A stretch of 64,000 nt of DNA, from positions 58,280,001 to 58,344,000 of the forward strand of contig NC_135889.1 in NCBI RefSeq assembly GCF_964194155.1, written 5' to 3'. The notes beneath the pieces were generated by a model that did not search any database, was not told where the DNA came from, and saw only the letters and a list, made by a program, of their open reading frames with translations. This DNA comes from Cetorhinus maximus (Eukaryota). Shown in pieces: positions 12,837-26,900 of this stretch. Made by a program: the position numbers and the translations under genes. Numbering within the stretch: position 1 is the first letter of the stretch; each line of letters begins with the position of its first letter.

Positions 12837-15363
12837 TTACAGATGTGTTAGTTTGGGCGCTTCTTGGATTCTTCCCTGAGATGTGTGATGAGGAGTCAGG
12901 TCTGTATATGTGGGATGGGGATCACAAGGTCCATGGTGGTGATTGCCTGGTATTTGAGCAGCGCAGCTATAGTCCACAGTGGCTGATGAAGGATGAGGAA
13001 GATGACTAAGGTTAAACATCGGACCAGAAGCTGGCATTGAATCAACAAAGTTCCCTCCAACATACACAGGGCTGCCCTGCAAGTTATGATTGGCAAAACT
13101 ACCATTGCCCTGCATAGTGTGATGGTCGTACTCTGTGCCCGGGTACCTTTTCTGCTGGGGTAGACAGCTATTATGGGGTGCAGTGTAAGCAGCCAAGCCG
13201 TACATATTTTGCTGGGATTTTGTGAAGGATGTTGGCGAAGGAGCTTCGTAACTCAGACTGTTGACAGTGGGGAGCTGGCTTGAGAATCCAATATTATTTG
13301 GCGCGTTCAAAAGCGGACTTCTGTCTGGAGACTGTCCAACAGGGGAGTGCATGATCCCTTTGGACTTTTGATCCTTCTTATATTTCATTCTTCTGTTCTG
13401 GAACCAGATCTTTATCTGGCGTTCGGTTAGGTTTAATAAATTTGCCATTTCAACTCGCCGAGGACGGCACAGATAACGATTAAAATGAAATTCCTTTTCC
13501 AGTTCGACCAGCTGTGCGCTGGTGTAGGCTGTACGGACTCTCTTGGAGGATGGACCTGGTGGACTTTTATCCTCACAATTGTCACCTACAAAATGAAAAC
13601 ATTATATTGGTTCCGATACATAAATGTGTGAACAAGCACGCCCAATCTAGAAGCCCCGCCGCGTCATTATCCATGAACTAGGAAAATAACTCTAATCCGA
13701 TTCTTTAACCATTTCGCTCCCCTAGCCTAATGCAGCAGCCAAACTTAACCATCTGAAGGGTAACATTTCGATGACATACAGAGGTGGGATAGTACTTGCA
13801 ATAACATTAAAATAAGCATTTGACGTCATCTCTAAATTACTTCGTTGGCTGTTAAATTCTCTGGGCAGTCTTGGGATCGCGAAAGGCGCCAGATAAATGC
13901 AAGTTATGTCTTTTTGGCATTTACTGTAAATGTTGTTTGCTGATCCATGAGCGTCTATTTACCGACTTCTTCGGAGTTTCCAGCAAAAAAAACAATAAAA
14001 CACGAATTTCACATGAATTCATTTTAAGAAAAACATTTACTTAGAAATGTTTACCTATAATTTTAGAATGTAACAATTGCTTATTGTTGTTCCCCAGATT
14101 GCATTTAGATTGATTTGTGGAGATAACTACCTTAAATCTGGTGAGCAAATCCACTCCAAATAAAGTATTACGTAGGAGTAGAAGATTTGCTTCCGCTTGA
14201 TACTTTGCTATCATGCAATAATGCAGTGCAATGATTAGTCGACTCGATATGTATTTTGTTTTAGTGTAAAAGTTGAACGGTGCTTAGTTATTCTCACTGG
14301 GATTACAGTTGTGCCGATTGGTAGTACCCACGAGAACACAATTAGAAGATGAAGTGTGGCTCCATTACAAGTATTTCTATCATCTACCATACCTGAGCTC
14401 ATATGTACTCGAAATTCTGAATTCACAGGCTTTGGGAATGAGCGGAAGAATTAAATGAAATCAAATGCAATCAAATTAATTTATATGTGAGGGAAATACA
14501 AGCACATTCTTGATATGACTGCATTTTAATAGATTCTGGTCTGTCAACTGGGAAGTCCGCAGTGATAAAATAGGATTATTTGAGCCGCCTGCAAGAATTG
14601 CATAAATTAAGATTTCACCATGTGACATTTGAGAATGAGAGAAGGGTCAGCCTACTATTTCAGAAATTCCCTTTCGCCTGATCAACCCTCCCAGAATATG
14701 CCAGTTACTCAAGCAGTCACTTAGAATTCAATTACTTACAAATTATCCCCCAAATATTCACGCAACATCCTGAAAATATGTAATGATCCCTTTACCTCCC
14801 CAGCCAACGGAAGTGAAATAGAGGGAAAATACTCTCACCTAGGTGTGACATTTTGGTAAACTTTCTTTTTAATTGTTAAAAGACTAGATGTGATTCGAAG
14901 TTGAAAAAGTGAAGTGCTGAAGGATACCTGCAACTGTGCAGTTGTTTTTCTGCTTGGCATTTTGACGAGACTCTTTCATCCATGGAAAGATTTGCTTGGT
15001 GAGAGTAGCAGCTGGGCTGGCGGAAGAATTTGAAATAGACTTGGTTCTTTTCTGTGTTGAGGTGTTGCTTGCATTGGGTGAGGGTGGCAAAGGGGGTGGC
15101 TGCTGTGGCTCATTGATGGTTGGGGGCTGGGCAGTGCCCTGGCTGCCACTTGTTCTCATACAGTTGCCATTTATATCGGTAGGCTTATGGTTTGGGGCTC
15201 TGACACCAGATGTCTGAATGGGGCACGTCGAGCTTTGATAATCATTTTCAACAGATGATGGCGGGTAGGCCTGGTGGCTAGAACTGTAGCTGTATGCGTT
15301 GGTCTTTTGGTAGGAGTAACCGCCGAATATTCCGGAGTTATCGTAGTAAGTCGCTTTTTGCAT
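12837..15363 (-). CDS. HOXD3: Homeobox protein Hox-D3; exon 1 15363-14928, exon 2 13585-12837 (394 aa)
   Basis: [11 protein letters not shown] start, [13 protein letters not shown] hexapeptide, donor G|GTATC, acceptor TTTTGTAG|, homeodomain from [21 protein letters not shown]-terminus [12 protein letters not shown] typical of paralog 3. Confidence 0.95.
13836..13915 (+). mobile_element. Degraded SINE/LINE 3' tail in the HoxD3 intron
   Basis: TACTTCGTTGGCTGTTAAATTCTCTGGGCAGTCTTGGGATCGCGAAAGGCGCCAGATAAATGCAAGT resembles the common shark retroposon tail ending GTGAAAGGCGCTATATAAATGCAAGT (from memory); family not assigned. Confidence 0.55.
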
Positions 15364-15424
15364 CTCGCTATTTCGAAATGATAGGGTCTTGACACCCTTA
15401 TCGAATAGCATTGACACCTTCGGT

Positions 15425-15446
15425 CACGTGGCACTGTTACACCAAT
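15425..15446 (-). promoter_or_regulatory. HoxD3 proximal E-box + CCAAT
   Basis: Plus strand CACGTG-N11-CCAAT, about 60 bp upstream of the ATG. Confidence 0.7.
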
Positions 15447-17861
15447 CACAAGTCTGCAGCAGTCCTTGAGGTTATGAGGCAAAAGACAATAATGGTGAAA
15501 CATTAGGAACTCATAATTCAGCGTGTAAAACATAAAACGGCATCCCATAAATAGAATCTAATATCATGTCCCATACCAGGATTTGCTTCTTTCCTTCTTT
15601 TATGAATTACTACTTTACGAGACAATTAATAAGCTGCTGAAACGTAAAGCAAATTATTTGACTACTTCTGGAAGACTTTTATAATTTTACAAGGTGTTTA
15701 TGTGCTGGCGCCTTCCTGAGTTCCGAGGAATTAGCTTCGACTTGTAAACCCGGGCTCTTGGATTGACTATTTTCAAAAATTGTAGAAAATATTTATAGTT
15801 CAAACGGTGCATAAATTATTGCTGTTTGGAATTAATATTTTATTCATTAATATTTCAATATTTAATGCATTACTTATCTATTAATACCTACTACAGACTT
15901 TGATTCTTTTATAAATATGTCATTTTGATTTTTAACAAGACGCAATTACATAGCAGTTATGAGATGTCACATCATATGGAAAACAATGAGTTTTATGCGG
16001 TGGTTTCATTATTCTGTAGACTCAAAACAGTGGAAGTCAAAGAACGTTAAAAATGTCCCAGTCATGCTTGATATGAGCGGACTTCGGTGGGACGCACAGT
16101 GCTATTCCAGCTGGCTTCACTGATTGAGGCCATTTTTATAATGGTGAGAAACAAAAAGGCCCTCTCAAAAAGAACGAAAATACCATAGTCACAGGCGACT
16201 TATTCGCCTGCAGCATTTGCTGGGGGTACAGACCGTTTTATTCTGTGATCGAGACAGTGTTACACAAGACATGATGGATAGGACCAGTTCCAAAAGCTGA
16301 AAAATCAACGAAGTGTTCCCTCGCCATTGTTGGTTTCTTTTTCTTCAACGTAAGTGAGGTTTGTGTGAGGCGAATGTGCTGCTTTCTGTTACATCTTTCT
16401 GTTTTATGACAGAGGGCAGGAAGTTTAGTTAAAGTATAACTAGCACCTATTCAATCTTTTTGTTCTAATTAAAACAGAGAAATAAGCAAGTCAGCATTTT
16501 ACATCTTCATTCTGCTGCTTACATCGGCTTTAGCTTATGCAGCAGTCTGCAAAACAACACATATTACTGGATAAGATTATCTTTTTGGAACATGTATGTG
16601 AAAAAAAATCATCACACTAAACTAAACTAAAACAAAAAATACAGAGAAGGAAAGCGTGTTTAGCCTTTACTAACGGCCAGCCTTTCTTAAAGTTAATAAA
16701 CGTTGATAATGTAAGAATCGATTTGAAAGAATGGAGATCAGATCCCCTGTAGCTGCAATAATAGCTGTTTAAATATACTATATTACTCATAAACTATTTC
16801 AAAGGCCATATTTTTCCCAATTTGTTTCTACACAGACATATTTATATGCTGTTTTTTCGACCCTAACACAAAGCTGCTAGTTATTCCTTACTTATTTGAG
16901 AGTGTATTATTAAATCCTCGCAATCTCTCGACCAAAGACTTCTTAAAAGTATGTATCTAACATAGCGAGGATACTTCCCAATAAGTCTATGTGTGCATGA
17001 AGTGAGGGGCTCAGCATTAAAGCCAAGGGTTTTTGACTGAAGCATGGCACCTTGTGCTCCGAGTGAGGTTGCCTAAGCTATTTGTTAAACCAGGAGGTTA
17101 TTTCGGTGTCTGGAATTAAATGATCAAAACGCGGATTAAAACAAATCACTGTGAAACATATTTGAAACTTTACACGAAAATGATTGGCTAGCATTTTAAA
17201 TTTTAAGTACAATACCTAGTCTGCAAAATCATTTAAATAAAACACATTCCCGTATAAACCACCACAACTATTGGACGTATGACTTATCTGCTACTATATC
17301 ACGTCACAAATAGATTTTCGATTCATTTAGAAAAAGCTTTCAGCCATACAAGGCTTGACATTATAATGAAATATGAGGTTTGTGATCTGCGGCCTCCAAA
17401 GTAGCAGTCAGGCACACGTGCACATTTCAGCTGTTCCTTTAAGAAAAATGTCAATATTTTGTTTTCCTGCTCTATGGTGTTCGTTTCTATGTGTTTCACT
17501 GCATTTTATTTTCTTCTGTTATTCTGTTTTCATCTCCCATCCATGCACGCCATTTTAGTTTAATAATTTTGGCATTACACTGCTGTCCTTTACTTAGCTA
17601 TTTATCTGAAATTTAATTACACTTCTGTTCATTCCCCACCCCCTCTGCCCATCTAATCTGCGTTATGTGTAAGAGATAAGGAAGTAACTCAGTATTATTT
17701 ACTGCCATGGGATCTGAACCTACGCCATTGCAGCCAGCCTCCTCGATTGTAGTGGATTTGAAGGCACTATCTTCAGAATATCAAAACTAACATTAATATT
17801 AAGGTATTGTGAAAAGATTGTGGTGAAGCAGCAGATATGGTTCAGAAACACCAACTGCTTG

Positions 17862-17905
17862 TGAACTCTGCTTGAACCTAAATCGCAGCCATGGGCCATA
17901 AATCA
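17862..17905 (-). promoter_or_regulatory. DR5 retinoic acid response element upstream of HoxD3, with an adjacent Pbx/Hox site
   Basis: Minus strand GGTTCA agcag AGTTCA (17878-17862); TGATTTATGG at 17905-17896. Matches the known conserved Hox3-Hox4 intergenic DR5. Confidence 0.85.
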
Positions 17906-20900
17906 TTTGGACAATGGTCAACTGTTTCTGCGTTCATCTTTCAGATCTTTCTTACCTTACATGTTTTCTAAATGCAAGGGTGCATCACCTAATACAAAGA
18001 TTTGATAAGTAACACCTTGTTATGGACCATCACCCCTTTATTTTTGGTGTTTCCGAATACATTAACTGCAATCGCGGGGCCCATGGCGAAAAACAACTCA
18101 ACAAATTATTAAGTACTTTTGGCCAACATGAATGGCAAGTCTTTCTGCAACACTAAGGAAAACTAGAAGAGTGAAGGAAGTAACTCTTTTCGAGTCAAAA
18201 CAATTAACTAAATTAGAGTGAAGGAAGTACATGCACCATGAAAGGATTCAAGTCAATGAGTTAATTTTCCATTTTTTCCGTTCTCGTAGGTTTCAAACTC
18301 GCGTAGAAAGCGGTGTTACAAAAGTTAAACTGCTTTAATACCGACTTAAGAAAATAGTAAAGCTACATCGTTAGACATGTTTTTTCCTGTGTGTTCTGGC
18401 TCGTTATTTTATGCCACATGTACTGCTTTATTTGCCCAAGGCCAGACCACTGAAAGACAGTTTCCACCATTTAAATAGTAATCAAATAATTGCTTTCAGT
18501 TTTCTTTTATTTTTCAAGTTAATCTTAACAGAGTAGTCTAAGAATGTAAAACCCATCTATAAAAGTGGGCAGTTCGTTGTTATTAAGAAACTAGAGCCCT
18601 CACAGTGCATATCAATGCACCTGTCATTGTGTGCTACGCAAAATTTATGACTGCTAGTGCTATGGTCGTAAACGCTTCACTACAGAATGAAAAGAAAAAC
18701 ACTTTCCAAAGACTTGCTATCTTCAGAAGTGTAAAACAGCTACAGCGTAGGAGGAAAGACCAGAAAAAGAATGCCCATACTCCACAAGTTTCTTATCTAC
18801 GAGGCGTTTCGCCAGCTCTTGCAGGATTTTATATAAGCCATTGAAAGTTCCCTGGCAATTTGAAACACGGTTCAGACCACAAACTTTGCACATCTAGCAG
18901 ATGCGCATGGCTCGAGCGGGAGGAACTAAAATTTGTCTTTGATAAACGTCAGCTGGGAGCCAAATTTGAAATCAAAGGTTTGATTTCAGGTATGAAGTGG
19001 GGAGCAAAAGGGGAACAAACGGGGGCGGAAAAAAAGCTTTTCTCTTCTACTCGGTGTCTGGCAGGCATGTTCAACGTAATTTTATTCGTTATATATGTCA
19101 GCTATTTTAAACTGTAATCAATTCTACACATTTTCAGAACTTGCTTAACCATATGGTATATTTTGTTTAAAAAAAACCCGACTGAAATATTTGTTGCCTT
19201 CAGCCATCGCTCTCCAGAAGAAGCAGATTATTCTTGGGACATAGCAATGTTGATTGTGTTTATACTTTGAGGATCAGTTCTGGCAAAGGGATCTGGTTGG
19301 ATCTGTACATCTGGTCATATTTCAGCTTGGATCACTTAATCTCTTCCAGATCTGCGTTTGATGCCTAAACTGTAGACATCGAAGAACTTTGATACAAAAT
19401 TGGCATGATATGCCTTCTTTGGAAAAATAATCCAGGGTTTGCAGAGAAAGGCAGCAGGATCCTATCACTAAGCCAAGATGCACCAAGGTTCAGCTGTTAA
19501 CTTACTTTTAATATAAGCTACTTCATTCCATATAGAGCAAGTGGGATAAACGCGCTCATTGTAGACTATAAAAGTTGAATGAATTGTGCAGTCCTTGTCT
19601 CCAATTCACGATCCCTTATTGTGATTTATCCAGAAATACGTCTCTATTATATAACCCAATTAATTTGCAAACTAGGTACAATATTTGGCCCGAGCAAATG
19701 TGACGATATTTCGTGGAAGTTTGGTTTGTGTTAAAAGAAAAGGAGGTGGAAACAAATATATGAAGTTGAAACTGAGTGAGAAAGAATAAAGATCGATGTT
19801 GGTAGATCTGAAGTAAAGTAACTGGACGGAATGGTACAGCTCAAATGAATCATTTCCAATGCTTCATAAAATGTACTCCCTTCTAGATTGAAAGAAACGC
19901 ACACAGATATACATAATGGCTATAAACATACCTCATTCTGGGCATTAAGATTTGCCATAAAGTGATTAACTTATAACAATTTAGTTATCTCCCGTTTTCA
20001 GTTGTATCGGTTCTTTTGAAGGCTTTAATGATCTGCTAGCCAGACGTGTTAACACGATGCAGCCCAATTTATCAGAATTACAAAATATTTTACAAAAGCA
20101 TTGGTTCTAACGGAGTGGAAAGCAGATTCACAGCCGCTTAGCACGAGAATAGGCGCAAATGAAGAAACCCAGAGATCACATCCCTGCCTGTTTAAGGAAT
20201 GTATTTCATTTCTGCTCTATGTGTTCCAGCAGTTAAGTTATAAAACCTTGAACTAATTCCCCATGGGTAAATCTTAGTTACTTATTGAGCGCACGGAGTC
20301 CATCAGAACACCAAATTCTGCTACAAGCGAAAAGGAGTGAAAAGTATAGAAACTCACCACAGATTTTTTTTCTATCTGCTTTTCGTTGGATTGGATTTGG
20401 AATCTGTCCAGATTGACCAGAGGGCACTGGTTTTGTTCTGAAAGCAGAAAATGTAATGAAAAACTTTCATACGCACTAATACTATTTCTCTATATCCTAT
20501 ATATTTTAGATCATCTTCCTGACTGCTATCAAACAAAGAAAGGAAAGGACCTTGCAACAGGCCTCGCAGATCCATTGTTGTTCTTGTAAAAAATGTATTT
20601 GCTCTGTTATTTACATAAAATGTGTAAAAAGAACATGTTTTCTTGCGAGCTTTAATCAAATGACTACGTAGTTTGGCTACGTTTTTTTTAAAAAAAGGAA
20701 AGAAATATCACTCTATTTGCTCCAGAAATTAGAAATGTGATGCTACTAAATATCAATGTTGTATGATTAATGAGGTGAGTTGCATTGTCAGTGAATGTAA
20801 AAAGAAACAACGGAAGAACGGGTTAAATAAATTTAAAGTCGGTAAAGATTAGGATAGGTAATTTGACTTCTTTTTTTAAAAAATGACCAAGAATGCCTCC

Positions 20901-23900
20901 CGAGAATCTGAATACCCAATAACAAATCATTTATTTCGAGTGATTTTCATAATTCAAGTTGTTATTGCGGAAACAAAGCTATTAATAGCATCAAGCATTT
21001 CAGATCGGAACTTCCATTTAGAGTACCAGAAATGTGCCTCGAGGGTGGCCTTATTACCCAATGAGCATGATATTTTGGGGCCTACTGCACTTGGTAGCAA
21101 AATAGATCGTTCTGTGGTGGCCTTTTAATGGAAAATGGGCCTGAACGGAGTATTAAATAAAAATCACAATTTTATATCATGCAGCCTTTTGGTACCCTCG
21201 AACTCACTCCAAAGCACTATTCGCCAGCAAACTGACGGTATTAACATTCTTCATAATAAAAATGAAAGTATTTATTTCTTTTCTTGTTGACGTTTAAATA
21301 TGTGCGCTTAAGCAAAAACTACTACCGTTGTCGAGCATTTTATAGCCAGCTAACATAACAATACAAATATGGAGGCTTGCAAGAAAGGGCCTGGCGCCAT
21401 ATATAAAACTCATGAATAATGTATTGTATTGACAGGCGGTTATGCTTTGTCATTGGGGTACCAAACATCATGTAATATTTTATATCGATTAGGCAGAATC
21501 ATAATGCTCGCATAAAGAGCTTGGTTATACAAAAAGTAACTAAAATGCAATAATACAGCACGGCCGGAGCCTCCAAACAGGCTCTAAACTCCAAATCAAT
21601 GTGCAAGAGGCAGATGGAAGGTGAAGGGAAGCTGAAGTCAGTCAGAAACTGCATTTTAGTGAATGTTATATCAATTCAAAGCACATGCTTAAATTTGAAA
21701 ATATATTTAAGAAAAAGAGCAACTGTGGCAGATCAGTGGGACAAAGAAATCGTCGTCATTAGCTGACAATATGTAAGAATCATAAGCCTTTGAAATGACC
21801 TTTGGCTTGTACAGCAATAACTCACCACTTAATGAACAACCAACGGAAGCGCCTCCACTACCTCACAATACAGCCCATCACACAACTTCACCATGGCTTT
21901 TCTATCCCTCTTTAATCCCACTAAGACGCAGCACTTTACAAACTAGTCTCACCAACTTGTGTCGATATAATTTGAAGTTAGAAGAGGATCCAAATCACAG
22001 TCGGCAAGACATCGTGTCCTCGGTCCAATGCCTCCCACCATAATGCGTGTAATGTATTCACGTGGCCATACGTCAATTTAAAAGGTTTTATTTCTCAGTA
22101 ATCACTGGAAGTAAGTTAAGTATTTGCAGGGTAAAGTCGCTACTTTCCAGAAAGCAAGGACAGTCGACAAGCTTTAAACACTTGGTTGCTCTAAAACAAT
22201 TACTGATAACTTAAGTGTTCTCAGCTATGATCTGGACGGTAAGTTTTTAAACGTCTTATTAATTTCGCAGCAGTGTAAGACGCTCTCACAATACCATCCT
22301 GAAAGGTATAAACAGATTGTCCATTAACAGATTTTAGCAGAATGAAAACGTCGAAAAGTTTTGAAAACTTTTTTTTGTCACTTTCCTAAATTGCTAAATC
22401 GATTTGGTAGAAAGGCTTGCGATTACGTGTTTATTACTTTTACTGTCTACCAAAACATAGTGGAACACAATCTATGAGACCAAGGCAGCTACTGTACGTG
22501 GTGCCTGAAAAGTTTGAACTTTTTCCAGGGATGAGAAGTTTTAAAGCCACACAAACAAGGGAACGTTGATCGTTACCATGACGTGTGCTGGAGAGAGGTT
22601 TATTGAAATTTTAGGTGAAGTTATAAGTGAGTGGCCCCATCGAGCAAAATGAAATGCTACTCGGAGTAATTGGATTCAGCTGACTAACATGGCAGCCCAG
22701 CAGCTTCGAGGCATGCAGCAATGAAAAATGCTCCACTCAAAAGTTTTTACCGAGCAAAGCACATATGCAGACGGCGAAACAACTATTATACCTGTGGATA
22801 TTTTGAGAATATGCCCAAATCTGCATACAAACAGCGTGACTTTGGACAATTTATATCTATACGTTTTCATTAAGAAAAAAGAAACGCCTTCCATTATTAA
22901 TATTAAGATTACAGCGAATTACATTAACTTAAAATGGAATTTCCAAAAGAAACAACTTAAATCACATTCCCGATCTTACCTTAGATCAGTGTCAAACCAG
23001 CGTGTTATGTACAGTAATAGCATTTAAGATATGTCTAAAAGTAGAAATTATAATTATTTGTGTTTTAAAACTGCAAAATAGTACAGCTGTATTCTTGAAA
23101 GCAATTAATAAAAGTAATTGAATGCGTTTCTAAAACTGAAAGGGAAAAAGACAAGTTAACATTAAAAATGTAAATTCCACTGAAACGGGGTCGCCTAGAT
23201 GCCAGGATTTAAACAGGGTTATTTGGTTTTTAAAGATTTACCCAAGCTGGTTAACAGTGAAGTGCATAACTACAAAAATATTGAATCAATTGCAGAGACT
23301 ATCTTCTGACACGATTGAGTTAAAATAATATTCGATATTTAATATTTAAATACATTTAAAAATACGGATGTAGTGATTTCCTTGAAATTCACAGATTGTT
23401 TTTCCTTGAACGAGAATAACATTAATTGAGAAATAATTTATACAGGCTGCTGCAATAACTTTAGCCCGCAATATATTTCTGAAGCGCATAAATCACAGAA
23501 GACTGCAGCCTGACGATAAGCTAGAGACAACAAATTAATGTGATTTACGATCTAAGTTTGCTAGTGACAGTTTGAAAAGTTCCCTGGGTTTCTGTGCCTT
23601 TTTATTTCGTTTTCCTTTTACATAAAGCTGCAGAATCAGCTAAAATACAGCCACCAGACAAATCTGGGACTGCTCTGGTTTGTCCGATCTAACCTTTCTC
23701 AAATTGCGCACTTTCGTGAAAGAGCAAATGTTTTTTTTCTCTCTATAAATCGCCATTCTTTGCTACCAAATCGTTTTTCTGATTTGCCACTGAAATGGAA
23801 ACAATACACGAGTTTGTTTCAGAATTTCATACAATTTGGCATGAATAATATGCCCTCTTGCTGAAGGCATTATCCAAACCTACTGCTAAAGGTTGCATAT

Positions 23901-26900
23901 TATCATACAATTGCTTACCTGTGTGTCAATTTATCCTAAATCTATGCTTCACAAACTCAATTTCTTAGCCTGCAGCTGCGAATAATATCCTGTGCCGTTT
24001 GTCTGGAGACAATGCTGTCTTAAACCAGATCTTGCGGTTTTACAGACATTTCGATACGAAATGCAGACGGTATTCCCGATAGAAATGGCTTCAGTCTCAG
24101 GGACAACTACCAATAAAAACGGCGTACAGAGATGTTTTAGCTTTTAAATCTAAACCGCGATTTTATAATCGAGCATCCGACGAGGAAATGGTATTTATAA
24201 ACCGGTAGGTATTCCTTTAAAAAGTTGCAATTTATGAATTTTATAGTGCAACGGATACCTTTTATAATCAGAAAATATAGGCGCTGCCTGAAGATACAGG
24301 CATATTTGTTCACGTGATCTGTGTTACCAGATTGTTCTGATTGAGCCAGTAAGTTGAGCCAGCGCTACCTCACTAACATCTATTTAATATGGATTGTTTG
24401 GTGCTTTGAGTCACTTCTTGCATTAACACTAATGAAGGGCTGAATGGAAATTAAATATTCTGTGCTGTACTTGAAAAAGGATTGTGAGGTAGCATCTTTC
24501 AGAACAGTAGCACGTTTACTAAATTGAACAATAGATTTGTATTTTATTGCCATTTCATAGCCTCTAGGCTGTAACTTATTTATCATTCCTTCTGGTGTAT
24601 TGAGTTGATTATTGCACCCATTTGTTTAATCAAACAAGTATCACTTTTGGAAGAATCGGATTTCGTGTTTATATAGCTAAGGCAGAGTATTTATATAAAA
24701 TGCTTAATTCGGTTTAAAATATTTTAGTATCTTGAAAATATATATCAACCTGTCTCAAAGCCAACACGAAAGCTTAAAATAAAACGACATGTATTGGAAC
24801 TACAACAAGCAAATATTTAGGTTAAGTATTGTGGGGCGATCATATTTAAATCCGGCGAATGAACAGGGCTTCTTCTTTATCCCGTTTAGGATTTGAGTTA
24901 GTTGAGAGAAGCCGTCAAAGAAATACTGCAACAGATACGATTTCTGTGAAACTCAATCTCCCTCTTTTCCAGGAGGAGAAATTAATCATCGTTGGTAACT
25001 GCAGTTTTATGCAATGAACTTGACGTCTGTGGACTAGGAATTAATGTGGCATTTTTCCCTTTCTCTTTCAGGGGAAGCAACTCAAATCACAAGGACCAGT
25101 GACGGTGTCTGGTTATACAAATGCCTCACAAAACGAAGCGTTGGATATCGTTTCATTTTGACTCCGTTCTTATTTTGTATTTTTCTGCACAAATGTTTTG
25201 TTGAAATATAACGTTTTTAGTTAGGGAAAATTAATTTTCAGTTACATTCTATCGAATTGCTTAATATTACTGTTAAATGTTACTTCCAACTGTTCTTAAT
25301 ATCTGAAACATTTGCCTGTAATTTAATAGCAATAAAAAACATTTCTATTGACAGTAATGCATGACCTTATTGCACCTAGCGCTGGCTTAACGCAACATTT
25401 ATCTAAATTACTTTACCCTCTGTGGCTTATATGGTCGTTATAAAAATATTGCTTTGCAATTACTACATTATAAATTATTTAAAAGAAAATGAGAGTTACA
25501 TTTCAATGTTTAACTTAGGCATTATTTTCGCCCAAAACCAATGTTGAGCAAGTTTGAAACACTGTCTTTTGACGATTTTTGAGAGCATAACGATTGTTGT
25601 GGGATTTTGTAAAACAGATAAATCTTTTATATCGTTCAAATTACCCCACGTTTTCGACTTTTAAGTAATTCCTGTTATAGTATTGTTCGATCCCAAAAGT
25701 GTAAATAGACCATTTTATTACGGCAAGATTTCCCTTCGCTGATACTTTTATGAGGAGACTAAGATGAAACAACTAAGTGCTAATGCTTGCCACTGTGGGA
25801 ACTCAGCTTTACGGGGAATATAATCAAATGGGGATCCAAAGACGGGTTCGACTGCAGCATATGTTCATACAGCAATAAAAGGGAGAGATTTACAATCTTC
25901 GCCTGGCCTCGGCAGCCTTGCAGGAATTACTAGTAGTGATTTATAACAGAGTGGAAAATTGTTGACCACCACCCCTCCGCTCCCCCTCTCTCCCAACAGC
26001 AACTTTATTTCGATTTAATGAAAAAGTTGTAATTAAAGCATTTTCATTGATTCTTGTCTGCCTGGTTCTTTGCTGGTTTAGAATTTAACGGTACATGATG
26101 CTGAGTTGAAGTGAGAGTCGGCAAAACAGTAACTTGGCGGTATGACCGCAGCTTTGTCGTCAGTAAAACAGCGCTGCATTTGTCATCGGCGAATAACTGA
26201 ATTAATAGGTTATTGTTTTAATGCATAATTTATTAAAAAAGGAAACGAACGTTGACTTTACACACGTGACGACAGCGCAAATTCAATTTCCAGAAGTGTT
26301 TTGTGACAAAAGCAACGGAAGCAATAAATGCCGAGGTTCATATTGTAAAATATCTCCAACCAACTTAGCAAAATCCTTTTTCAAAGACATTTGCATTTGA
26401 CATAGTAATTTATGCAGTTTAATTACATCTTTAGAAAGAGGTTTAGGAACAGAGCTGTCATGATATGCCACTAGGACGCTATACTGTAACTTAGATTAAG
26501 ATCTTATATTACTCTTCAGCGTTACACAGTAAAATGTTTACTTACAATTTGTTTTTAATATTTACATTAATAATAAAACTTTTGCACGTCGCTGTTAAAC
26601 GGCCAGCAATAAAAAGCCACTCAATGCTAGTACTTTATTGCATTGTACTATCTATATTATACATGTCTTTAATACGCTACCCTGTTATTGTCATACTAAC
26701 CTCAAATCAGCAAATCAGAACTGTGTCACTTGATTACATTATAAAATGGTACCGATAGTGAAAATACATTTTGTTCTCGTTCTGGGTAGAAATCACAACC
26801 ATTACTATTTAAATGAGTAAAGCAGGCTCTTCTAGTTTTGTGGATTATCAGTTAACAGACTGCTATAAGAAAGAATTACTCATTTTCTGTAAAATAAAAT

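Noticed and set aside
18168-18229. 15-bp direct repeat AGAGTGAAGGAAGTA
   Set aside because: Only two copies; a local duplication with no array or element structure.
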